Source: Phoronis australis
Taxonomy: Eukaryota; Animalia; Phoronida
Length of the DNA stretch: 64,000 nt
NCBI GenBank assembly: GCA_002633005.1
Contig: NMRA01000056.1
Span: 381,165 to 445,164 of the forward strand
Direction of reading: 5' to 3'
The notes beneath the pieces are model-generated. The model was given only the letters and a program-made list of their open reading frames with translations, was not told the origin of the DNA and searched no databases. Positions 12,331 through 22,859 of the stretch are shown piece after piece; position 1 is the first letter of the stretch, and each line of letters begins with the position of its first letter. A program made the translations under genes and the position numbers.

Positions 12331-13579
12331 CTGGTGCAGAGAAAGAGTGAGACCAAAAATGCCTCGCATCTAGCACTAACCCTACTTGATACGGTTGATT
12401 TGAATCAACAAAACGACATTGAAATCGTTTAAAATGTATCTAAAGCCTCCATCATGCAAGACAAGAGGTACAATAGGTTTTGGACATCGAATCTTTTGAA
12501 CAGCAATACAAACCGTTGGAGTTCTGATTGCATTTGCCATGTGAACAGAGTTCTGTTTTTTGCATAAATGGTAATTGGGTGGGAGCAAACCTTCACGGAA
12601 AGCATGTTCTGTATTTTGAGGATTAATTAGTTATCAAATCCCGATGGAGTCTGCGGATTATTGGCGAAATTTGATATGCGGAATTAACAAAAGATGAAAA
12701 GTGATAAATAAACTCTTTAGCTTAATTAGTGCGTCCATAAACTCGTGTAAAATGCTTTAGCGATCAAAAAACGATTGATATCTCGGCTAACAAATCAGTG
12801 GCGTATCTGCCATTTCAAATGAAGTACACAGATTTTCATAAACCTGGAAGATAACTCTAGAGGATGACATTGGAGATTTTGCTACAATCTTGATAATCCC
12901 ATGCCACTTAAAACGGATATAAACCCGCGTTTTGTCCAAGAAGCGACTTTGACTTAAACCACTTACCGCGATAAAATTGGCCCTTACTCAGATGGGAAGT
13001 GATTTCCGGGTTTGCAAAGAACTGACAGTTCAATATTCATTGAGATCATGATCGGCGAATAAAATGACCCGCCGTGACAAGCCAACTTGTAGAGCCTGGC
13101 CACGAGCAATAACGAACTGTTAGTTATTTCGAAGCCTTAAGATGGTCTCTAACTTGACTGAGGAATAGTTTTAGGCAATCTGATAACCATGAGTGGTTTA
13201 AATCAAAATGTGTTTCTGGTGACTGAAGGCCCGTTTATAATCCCGCGAACGAAAACCTCAGATGTTGTCGTTAGATTTGCTCGATCAGAAAGTGCACTTC
13301 AGCTGAAGGGTTATGCAATGTTTCCATGGCTCCAAAGACTAATTATTCTTGTTTCTTATTTGCGTTTCTGGAATGGTTTATGACACAGTAATGGCAGTTA
13401 ATTCAAAATTCAAGATTCTATCAGGATATCAAAGAGCCAGCGTGCAGGAAAAATCCGGTATATCTGAAAAACGCCAACGAGCAAAATTTATATGCTCAAA
13501 GTTTTGCATGGCGAATGGTTTAGGTGAATGGCTGTATATGGATTATAAATTAAACGAAATACGTCATAAAGGATCTTAC

Positions 13580-13888
13580 ATGGAGTGATTTCCGTTTCAA
13601 GACTTGGTTTGCCTATATGTCCCGACGCCAACTGTATTCTTACACGTACATAGTATGTAGCGCAGGGGTCCAACCCGGTGATAGTTTGGGTAATGAAGGG
13701 GTCATTTTCAATTGTAGTCTCAGAGTGGAATGCCCACTGTCCAGTTGCACCAGTTTTCATCTCCAATATGTATTTTTGGACTTGCCCACTGCCGTGATCC
13801 CTTTCTCTTGTCCAGTTTTTCCACTGAACCATCAAGTCGCTTGGTCGTCTATTTAGGACAACGACTGGATTATTCAGTCGAGCACATT
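13580..13888 (-). CDS. Tie-like receptor exon: first (divergent) FN3
   Basis: ttcttgtAG/GTAAGA, 309 nt; LMVQWKNW...DHGSGQVQKY...ITGLDPCATYYVRV. Confidence 0.88.
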
Positions 13889-14257
13889 CTACAAGAACAT
13901 TTCACACGTTGTACATAAAATCTTGACGTATTAACAACCATAACCAGTTAACATGCACGGTTAGTGAAGATAGTTGACTTAATATCGCTGATCTGTCGGG
14001 CATTAACATCAAGTAAAAACCTACACTATCAATTCTTGGTACATCCAAAAGGAGTCGTGACTTATACTGTACGATGCACTTTAGCACAGCTTAAATTCTT
14101 CACGTTTCAGGCTACGACACAATTGTAACTCCTTAGTGAGACCTATAAAGCGTTGCTCCAGTATAACTAACAACAGTTGCGTCCAAAATACGGCACGCAC
14201 CAACAGTTATCAACCATACACTGACCACAGATATTGCGCTGTTGCTCCTTATAAGTA

Positions 14258-14400
14258 ATGGTGATAACGATGATGAGGACGAAGATGACGACAATGATGA
14301 GGATGACAGTGATGACGCTGTTGATAATGACAATGATGTTGAGGATGGTGATGCTGGCGAAGACCTTGATGGTGGTGGTGACCACGCTGGTGGTGACGGA
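14258..14400. repeat. Degenerate (GAT/GAC/GGT)n trinucleotide tract, intronic
   Basis: gatgatgaggacgaagatgacgacaatgatgagg... Confidence 0.85.
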
Positions 14401-14609
14401 AATGATATCACTGCTCTTTAGACAGGAGCACCTCGCGCCACTATTGGTAAGACGCGTTCCTGTTTCGTCCAAAACTCCCCATACGCAAGGCGTCTACTAT
14501 ATTTTCTCATTTCGTAGCTTCTCATCAGACCCTAATTAAACGGAATCTGTCGCTATTTTGCGAAGTGTTAGCATGCTTAAGCCTGTTATATTTTCATGAT
14601 GACAGAGAC

Positions 14610-14759
14610 CTTCGTGGCAAAGTATTCCATGATATCCTACGGCACACGAGCATCCATACGGATCAATGGTACAGACAAATTTCCCTCTGCAGCTGTTTAG
14701 ACCGTCGTCGTCTGAACACCAAAAAGAGCAATCACTTCCAATTCGGTTTTCGTTGCAAG
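14610..14759 (-). CDS. Tie-like receptor exon: EGF-like 2
   Basis: tttcAG/GT, 150 nt; ACNENRIGSDCSFWCSDDDGLNSCRGKFVCTIDPYGCSCAVGYHGILCHE; DPYGCSC is a Tie-family hallmark; missed by the ORF track. Confidence 0.88.
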
Positions 14760-14983
14760 CTGAAACATAGATTTATAAAAAATGTATTTTACTTGTAGAA
14801 CATTCAAAATCTTGATAGCAGTTACATGTGCCATACAAGTACAAAAAGATTAAATTCAATGATGATTTTTCGTCGTGATGAATGAAAATAAAACCATGAC
14901 TGACATGAGCTCAGTTGTATCAAATGTTCATAGTTCTGACCATACACTTTACTTATAAACCGATGAAATTGGTATTTGGTTAC

Positions 14984-15115
14984 CTAGGGAACAGTCGTGA
15001 CCCATAAATCCAGGTGGACAGACACATCGACCAGTGACGTCGTGACAAACGCCACCATAGTGACATGTTGGACACTCCAGTAGACACCTATCGCCGTATT
15101 TCCCAGCAGGACAAA
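14984..15115 (-). CDS. Tie-like receptor exon: EGF-like 1
   Basis: gcacAG/GTAACC, 132 nt; VCPAGKYGDRCLLECPTCHYGGVCHDVTGRCVCPPGFMGHDCSL (compare Tie2 GVCHEDTGECICPPGFMG). Confidence 0.9.
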   Translation of the reverse strand, partial: FVLLGNTAIGVYWSVQHVTMVAFVTTSLVDVSVHLDLWVTTVP

Positions 15116-17030
15116 CTGTGCAGCGATAAATGACAAATGCTCAAAAATGTGCATTGTGTTTTTCGTTTAGATTTTCAAAACTGAATAAATAAGCAACATT
15201 TAGTAAGAAATGTCAACACTTTGATAATATCCTATGGACAGAGAGAATGATTGTAAGAAAAACATTAGTTAAAAAGTTGCGTTGCTACAAATCGTCGCCC
15301 CGGTTGGGGCAGAGATCTTTTCAGACGTAACGTGATGATATGACCAGCACATGTAATGTGTGTATACTATTAATTCTTATTTATACTAAGTAAAACGTAA
15401 ATCACGAAATGAGTGTTTCACAGCAGGTTTGATGTGTCATAATTTGAAATATTAAAGATGTATTTCATTCGCTTTTACTTAAAAATCGAACATCAGGTTT
15501 CTGAAACTTGTATGGAAGATATTAGGGAAATAGGTTTCCGCTTTCAAATGGAATTGAAGGCTCACCCGCTATTGATTGGAACGGGTGGAATACTTCCGTC
15601 GAAAGTGATGACTTTTCAATTATCTTTCCTAACTGGCGATGCCCTAATGATATTTTTGGTGACGTATCATTTCATCAAAGACGTGAGACATCGTATTTTA
15701 CTTCAACTAACTTTTTTCATTGCTATTTGCATTTAATGAGGAAGTAAACAAAACGGACATGTCCCTTTATGAAAATGATTTAAAATATAGATTTCAGTTG
15801 ATCAACAAGTGTAAATTTAGTTTCTACAAAATTTTGACACTGAAGTCATAAATTGCCAAAGGTAGTTAATGGTTACACTTACAAAGTGACTTTTATCTTA
15901 TACGTCACTGCAAGAACAATCAGGGAAAAGGGTATTAAACCAAGCCCTGGTGGTTTTACCCAAAACTACTGCCGTCATCTACTTTTTTGTATGATTAGTA
16001 AATGTTTATTTCGTTGTTGTGCTCCCCTGAAAATATGAAAGCATGTTTCAGGTAAAATTCTGTCTTTACTGTCACAAAACGGATTCTGTCGTTCGAGACG
16101 CATTACCTTCTCCCGGCCTGACGTCCATTTATTCACCCGAAGCGTCAGTCAGGCCTTCTGATTTAGCAGATTTTGCCAGAACACGAATCAGACTTTCGAG
16201 CCTGGTCAAAGAGGCCATTAAATTCTTCATGGATCAATATTATTATCGGTTAATAGTCGGAACGCCTGTATTTGTATCCCTTTAATTAAAACAACTATTC
16301 AATATACTCTGTTACTCGCGGCTGATAACCCACTTTAACTGCGGGTATTGAGCGCAACGTTTGTTTGCTGTTGTCTTGTGATGACGCAACGTAGCACGAC
16401 AAGATTATTTCACGCATCACTTGACGTGCAAAGGCATTGCAAGGACTGCGATTATAGAACACGAGGAGAGTAACGAAATTCTGATCCATGAAACTAGAAA
16501 CCTTTACCCTAACTGGTTCCTAGCTTGAAGGTTGTAACGTTGCAGAATGAGGCCGTGTTTCTGAAATGTGAAGCTGCATTGCGTTTTTTAGTTATTGGAT
16601 AAAGCACATAAGATGTATACGAAATGTACGGGTACTGAACATAAACATGTGAAATTATGTTCATTTGTTCAATTTCTTGGAAATTAATGGCTAAAACAAA
16701 CGTATACCGATTTGAAGCAGTGAGTTTTTGTAAAGACAATACGTCGCCTTCAAAGGAATTAAGTTACTTCAAATTCACAATTCTTTTATGTTCACTTTAA
16801 ACACAAACGAATAAACGTGCAAAGGATGGTTTCATAGTTAACGTTACGGATTACCTTGTGGGCCTATATCCACATGGATATCGGATGGTGGAAATGTCAT
16901 TATTAATTTGAAAAATACTCAACATAACCGTTAAGGACTGTTGTTTGAAGGGACGGAAGTGGTTTGAGATCTTCATGTACTGTTGTATTAGAAATTTTGG
17001 TCTACTCATTCACCCTTATCGACATTCATG

Positions 17031-17162
17031 TTGTAGGTAAATGACTTACCTCGGACTATTAATCTGATAGCCCCTTGTAGATAAATGACTTACCTCGGAC
17101 TATTAATCTGATAGCCCCTTGTAGAAAAATGACTTACCTCGGACTATTAATCTGATAGCCCC
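17031..17162. repeat. 44-bp tandem triplication spanning an exon end and splice donor
   Basis: ttgtag(gt/at/aa)aaatgacttacctcggactattaatctgatagcccc x3 at 17031, 17075, 17119. Confidence 0.95.
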
Positions 17163-17389
17163 ATAGGGAATGTTGCCCTTTTTCATCATGTACCTTCCTC
17201 CATGGCCGATATCTACGCTGTTTATTTTTTGAATCATTCCATCCCAATCCTTGATATGGGATCGGTCTCTAGAAAATCCTTTGTTGTCCTTGAACCACCG
17301 AATGTCTGAGTCGTCGTTAGCATTTACCTCCAGTGTTACCGATTCGCCGACGTTGACTCGTTTTGTGAATGTATACCCTCGCGGAGAGC
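17138..17389 (-). CDS. Tie-like receptor exon: Ig-like domain 2
   Basis: tatAG/GTAAGT, 252 nt; YTFTKRVNVGESVTLEV...IRWFKD...GGRY...AIRLIVR, ending like Tie2 RLIVR just before EGF1. Confidence 0.85.
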
Positions 17390-19204
17390 CTATACATGAT
17401 ACAATTTAAAAGCATGCTAGTACTACAGAATGCTTATTGTACTGTACATTGCAGAAACATCAAAATTCACAATTCTTCATAACTAAATACGAGGACCTCG
17501 TACATTACAAAATCAACATCATTTTTTCTGCTGCCAATGCAGTCGGCGGAGCTTGTTTCATGAAAAACGAATTACTTGTTCCAGACTGCTCTCATCATTG
17601 TTATCCACCACGAGGTGGCGTGCTCGTTCAATAAAGGAAACATGTTCCCATTTTCTGTGGGGACTCTGCAGTGGACAAAAACGAAGAAATATCGACTGTT
17701 TTCCTGCTATTGGACGTTCAATGTAAAAGTGAGCTGGCGAAGTAGGTCTGTGGAAAGCAATTCGAGGTCTTGGGCTACGAGTAGTCACGGCTGCCTGCCG
17801 AGTTAGTGCCTGAAGTGCACCGATTGTAGCTGCTATTTAGCTCTCTTGGCTGGGAAAATGGGCCCACCCAAAAATACGCCCAAGGGAGTATTTTCAGAAA
17901 ATCTTCCAAAGTACGCCCATGGACGTATTCTTAATTTTGTTTGGATGTTTTGAAAATCTGACGGATGGTTCTAAATACGTTTGTAATTTGTTGTGATAGA
18001 AAGTTTTGTTTATTTTGGAAAAAATACTTTCGGAATCGCGATTTCATTCACTGCAATGTCGTAAAAATAATCACATGGTCTCACAAGTAAAAGTAAAAGT
18101 AAAAGTATACGTAATAGTTTTCCACAGTATCTAAAGCTCTTTTTAAATATTTTTAATTAGATAACAGCGAATTCACTCGTCAAGTATTAACCCACCTTGT
18201 CGCAAGACAATGGACTGCGTTTCTATCGCAAAAGTTTGACAGGAATCTTGACTTTATTTCTTGGATGTAGAACTTTAGGAGTGTTTGCCATCACGCTATC
18301 CCTACGCTTTTGCGAACAGGAGATCCACATTCCCAACCCCTGCCCCCCCCGCTACTCTCTAAGCCCGTGTACTACACACAACCGCACTTTGCCTAATACC
18401 TCGAGGCAACATGTTGCCCCCCCCTTATGGCACTCCTAGATCCGCCACAGTAATGTTACAACAGTTGGTATATTTCAGTGACAGCCGGCTCCATGTAGTC
18501 ACAGGTTTCATGTCTAAGATTGACATCTCCTCCGAGGAGGATTGGACAGAAGTTTTCCTTACACCAATTTCAGTGTGTTTAGCCTCAAAGAGCACAAGCT
18601 GAGAAGGACGCACCGGGATCGGAAATCCAGCCCAGGAAAGAATTAGTCAACCATACACCTTGTAGACTAGGACAAGAATATCTTTGAGTGATACTTGGCA
18701 GTCGTTTTGGTCACGGTGGTGGGATTGCGACACCACGAGATCCCTTTTCACGTCCAGGTCGTCGTTGCACTTGTCCGGAATGGGCATGAACTAATCTTTA
18801 TAGGAAACAACTTTCTATGAAACCTGGCAGAAAGTCTTGAACGCATGATAGAGATAGCCTGGATCCATCACATGAACTGAAGCCGACTGTACGCACACTA
18901 TCTATTAAGTGAGCGGGCAACACAAGACCTATCTGAGAGGCTTTCCTGCCTAGTACGCGGACTTAACACTGGTTTCGACAGCTCCCTACGGGCATAGTTT
19001 CTCCGGGAGACCATGACCACCGGCGAAAGAGATTCTGATGCTAATGAATTTCCTTTGTTCCATCTACCTCCAAGTGCCACTATGCAACAGATGTTGGCCC
19101 GGTCTGTGCTCGCGGTTTACCCAAGATTTGTCAACACAAAATTCTCTGTTGACTTCAGTCGACCCGGCATCTGCATCTGACGTTTTGGGATACTCGTTAC
19201 AGTT

Positions 19205-19770
19205 TTATAGTATTGAACGCAGACGCGTTATTTAGAGAACGTGTGTAATGCATACGAATGAAAAGTTCTCGTTCATACGAGTGCACAGCTTCGTTCCTTC
19301 GCCTCGTGCACAATTAGTCTCCGGTCGCGGGGTGACAAAGACATAACTTCCAGATTCACAGCGACTAGGACACTCGCTTGAACTAGTGCAATGACATTTG
19401 TATCTTGATTTGTGCATGATAAAACCACTGGCACACATTACAAATAATAACATACCAACAATCATGTGCACATTTTATCATGCACTAATCAACGAGTGCA
19501 TTTCACTCAACACTCTTTCACAGTGTTACAGTAGAGATGGCGCTGTGCAAGAGGGTAATTTCACTCGTGACTGCGTTCACCTGGCGGCGAAAGAACGAAG
19601 CTATGCACTAGTTTATGCTAGTGTATTGTTACTGGTTCTCACCTGGCGGCGAAGGAACGAAGCTATGTACTCGTTAGAGCGAGTGTATTAATCCACGTGT
19701 GTAATGCACACGTATGACCAGTGCATTAAAAACGTTCTCAAAAGAATACGATCGCGTTCGATATTATAGT
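19205..19770. mobile_element. MITE / foldback element
   Basis: imperfect TIR tatagtattgaacgc...gagaacgt vs acgttctc...gcgttcgatattata; internal inverted and direct copies of ggcgaaggaacgaagct. Confidence 0.6.
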
Positions 19771-20092
19771 TACCTTTACGTGCACATTTAAGCCCAAGCA
19801 CGTATATCTGACACTACCTGTTTCAAAGGAAAATGTTCATTCTGATGTTATGCATACAAGCACAGGCGCAAAGCTTCGCTTATAGGCGGGTATAACCTAT
19901 GAATAGGCTCGTGCTATGCTTTGGATACGCATTGTCCTCAATAAAAGCACTTGGTCTCGCCTGTGCGAAACAGCATTACACGACTTGGTTTTACAGCGCC
20001 TTACTTAGATAAAACTCCGATTACATGGGCGATCATAGTGTTTCCGGTTTTAATTTTTTCTGAAACTAGTAAACAGCAATGTTTATTAATTA

Positions 20093-21120
20093 CAGTGGCG
20101 GATCTAGGATATCACAAGGGGGGGCCCAACTTTTTGTCCGGCTGTAAGCATTTGCGCAAACTGAACCACGATTGTAGATGCGCATTGCACCGAAGTGGGG
20201 GGAGGTCGGGAGGGGGGTTTGCCCCCCCTTCCGCCCAAGAATTTTTTTCTGTTATTACCTCTAAAAATCAAGCCCTTTCCTTGATTCCTGTAGACAAAAG
20301 AGGCAAAAATGAAAAAAAAACAGAGAACGTGTCGAACAGAAAAAACTGCAAGCACCTAAGCCTCGAACCCACGCCCTTGCGGACATGAAGCGTGTACGTT
20401 ACCACTAGACCACCACGACTTCACTACATTTCTCTATCTAAGAGACCTACTTATTTATGGTCCACAGCGTTTGCGCGCGAAACCTACTTCTTTTTGTAAT
20501 GCTTATTACACGTTTTATATTTTGTGCCATCAATTCTTAACAAATTTGTCGTATTTAAAATAGTCTTCAAATGCCCAAAAGACCAAATCCGTTTTTCGTG
20601 TTGGCAATAATGACGGGATTGCTTTGGAAATCATCTTAAGATAAGGTTTGCCAAAGAGAGTATTGCGAGTTTCTGAGTGATTCACTAAGGTTTCGATTAA
20701 ACACATCTTACCAGCAGCTTCTGTTTTTCATCGTCAGTCAGATTCCATTTTTTTAAAAAATGAAGTAAATTTTCTTCATTGCACAGTGGAGCAGACGACG
20801 GAAACTGAGTCGTAGTGCGCAGCGCCACTGCCGGTCGCCTGGGATATCGCGGGAGAGCCTATACTTAACCATAGTTTCGTTACGAATGCGCCGTGTTCCG
20901 AATTTGACACTTGAAATTGGATTTGAGCCCCCCCCCTCACCTCCCCCCCGCCCCAACACTAAAACTGCACACATTTAAATCTTTTTTCATCCGTATAATT
21001 TTAATTACCGGGGTTAATTAATAAACTCAACATTTCCCTACGCCCTCACTGTTTTATTTTTTGCGGCAGCCAAGGGGACGGGGGTCGGGCCCCCTGGGTC
21101 CCCCCCTAAGTCCGCCTATG
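20093..21120. mobile_element. Non-autonomous DNA transposon (CAGTGGCGGAT...TCCGCCTATG), 5-bp TSD AATTA, containing a tRNA-derived segment
   Basis: TIRs, AATTA on both flanks, second copy at 62412-62882. Confidence 0.8.
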
Positions 21121-22085
21121 AATTATTAAATTAAAATTTAACAAGACCTGAATACTGTATAATTTTTGCAAAATAATGAACGAAATGTTTAACTGATTAA
21201 ACGATTTCATTAACCTAGCTTTCCAGTAAAACCAGTAAAAATCAGTGCCAACAGTTTTCAACTGAAAAACAAACTTAACTTATACCATTTCATAATATTC
21301 CACGAAACAAGTAGTATATTTAAAAAAGTAAATGGGGTGCGCCTATATCCAGATCATCCCTTTCAAACCTGGTTTTACTCAAATTAGTCGCGAATAGGCG
21401 CATGCGTCTTATTTCAGATAGGCACAGCTATGAACTTATTCGCACGAGCCTAATTACGAGAATGTTCAGTAATTGGAGACCTATAAAATTATATAGGGTA
21501 TCCCAACATTGTTCTTACAGTTCAAATTGCGGAATGACTTGGGTGTTTATTGACTTACGTGTGAGAACAAGATAACTAGCTTAAATTCTTGAAGACTTGA
21601 TCAAGAAGGAATGAAATTGAGAGGTTGTCTTAGCACTTCAATGATGTTTTTTTTCTGAGTTTCCGGTACCATTGTGAGACACATTTTCTTCAAAATTGAG
21701 TTGTTTGCCATTACTGTGCCCACAGAGCATGCGAGGGCTTCCACTCCTATTTTCACAGGAAGGTGTAAACCAGGCTACAGGCCCAAATTCAGTTGGTGTG
21801 GACCAGACTCTTCGTCTTCGCCTACTGTACATGAATGCCTACACCTCGTTGGGAAAACAGGTGCGAGTGCCCTCTTGAGTTTTGCGTGATCTTGCGTTTC
21901 TGCGAGGTTCTTAGGTCTACGGAACGCGCACCTGGTATTTGCGCGTTGAGCATCCGAGCTCAGCTTGGATGTATATCAGTGCTTACTTTCGACACGGTGG
22001 TATTTTTCTTCCAGGCTTGTGACATGTATAGTATGGTGTCCGGTGTTTTTTTAAAATTAAAATTCATTAAACTGACAAGACTTAC

Positions 22086-22355
22086 CAGTAGTTGCTATAA
22101 CATTGGAGTACAGGTTCCTCTTGGCACCCTTCAGCGCGATAAGATAACAAGAGTAATTGGAGATCTTGGGCGAGGTGAACTTTAAATACTTATTCTGGCC
22201 TTTCTCGTAAAGACTGTCTTCCGTTGGAGCCCCTGTGTTCGTTATGTAGGCAGTTGCTGCTGCACCGCCTGACGCCAAATGAACTTTATGACCGCCGTGA
22301 AGTTTAATGAAATCTTTTCCCATTTCCGACAACGTGGTTATGTGGTATAAAGTTT
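22086..22355 (-). CDS. Tie-like receptor exon: probable N-terminal Ig-like domain 1
   Basis: tttttAG/GTAAGT, 270 nt phase 1-1, open; ...YLKFTSPKISNYSCYLIALKG...NVIATT joins in frame to the Ig2 exon. Confidence 0.7.
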
Positions 22356-22379
22356 CTAAAAATATAAATACCTTTTATA

Positions 22380-22859
22380 GTTATGTAGGACCCTATCGAC
22401 AAGTCGGTGCATTCACAAAAATATCTGAAAAACTATTATAATAACTCTGAGTCAGTAAAAGTGTATATTTTCTGAAAGTAAAATGTTTGGAAAAATAAAT
22501 TTTTGACCTTACACCAATCTGCAGTTGAATGGGCTACGTGACCATGCCTTTTTATTAAAATTTAGGAAAAGAGAAAGGCACATTGATATGAAGAAGACGA
22601 CGTCAATAACATGTGCAATTTTCGCACATAAATGTTCAAGCTTTCGAAATTATCCATTCGATATCGTTTTATGCAGATTTTGCTTTTTTCTCTGCTTTTT
22701 GATTGCCCGTTATGGAAATTTAGAGCATTTCGAAACAATTGCCAGCAGCGTCTTTGAAAACAATGCATATTGAATGGTATCTGAAAGTTTCTGCTATTTC
22801 TGAAACATATGTTTTCCGAAGTTAGACAAATTTGGTCTTTTTTTAGGGTCCTACATAAC
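22380..22859. mobile_element. MITE with 16-bp TIR GTTATGTAGGACCCTA
   Basis: TIR at 22380-22395 and 22844-22859; internal part resembles the reverse complement of ~57660-57732. Confidence 0.65.

Noticed and set aside
12967-13302. Possible extra exon (G|GTAAGT donor at 12967)
   Set aside because: No FN3-sized open frame or convincing acceptor; flanking exons join in frame without it
651-13835. FN3 ORFs as separate small genes (operon-like)
   Set aside because: Each is bounded by AG/GT in the same phase, so they are exons of one gene
14133-14539. Ser-rich and Met/Thr-rich ORFs
   Set aside because: Translations of a trinucleotide microsatellite
17031-17162. CRISPR-like repeat
   Set aside because: Head-to-tail units with no unique spacers, eukaryotic exon context, no cas genes
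19232-19471. 79-aa ORF with signal-like N-terminus and Cys-rich body (toxin- or defensin-like)
   Set aside because: Lies inside a MITE and overlaps its inverted repeats; ORF likely incidental
20350-20420. tRNA gene
   Set aside because: A/B boxes only, acceptor stem broken, embedded in a repeat
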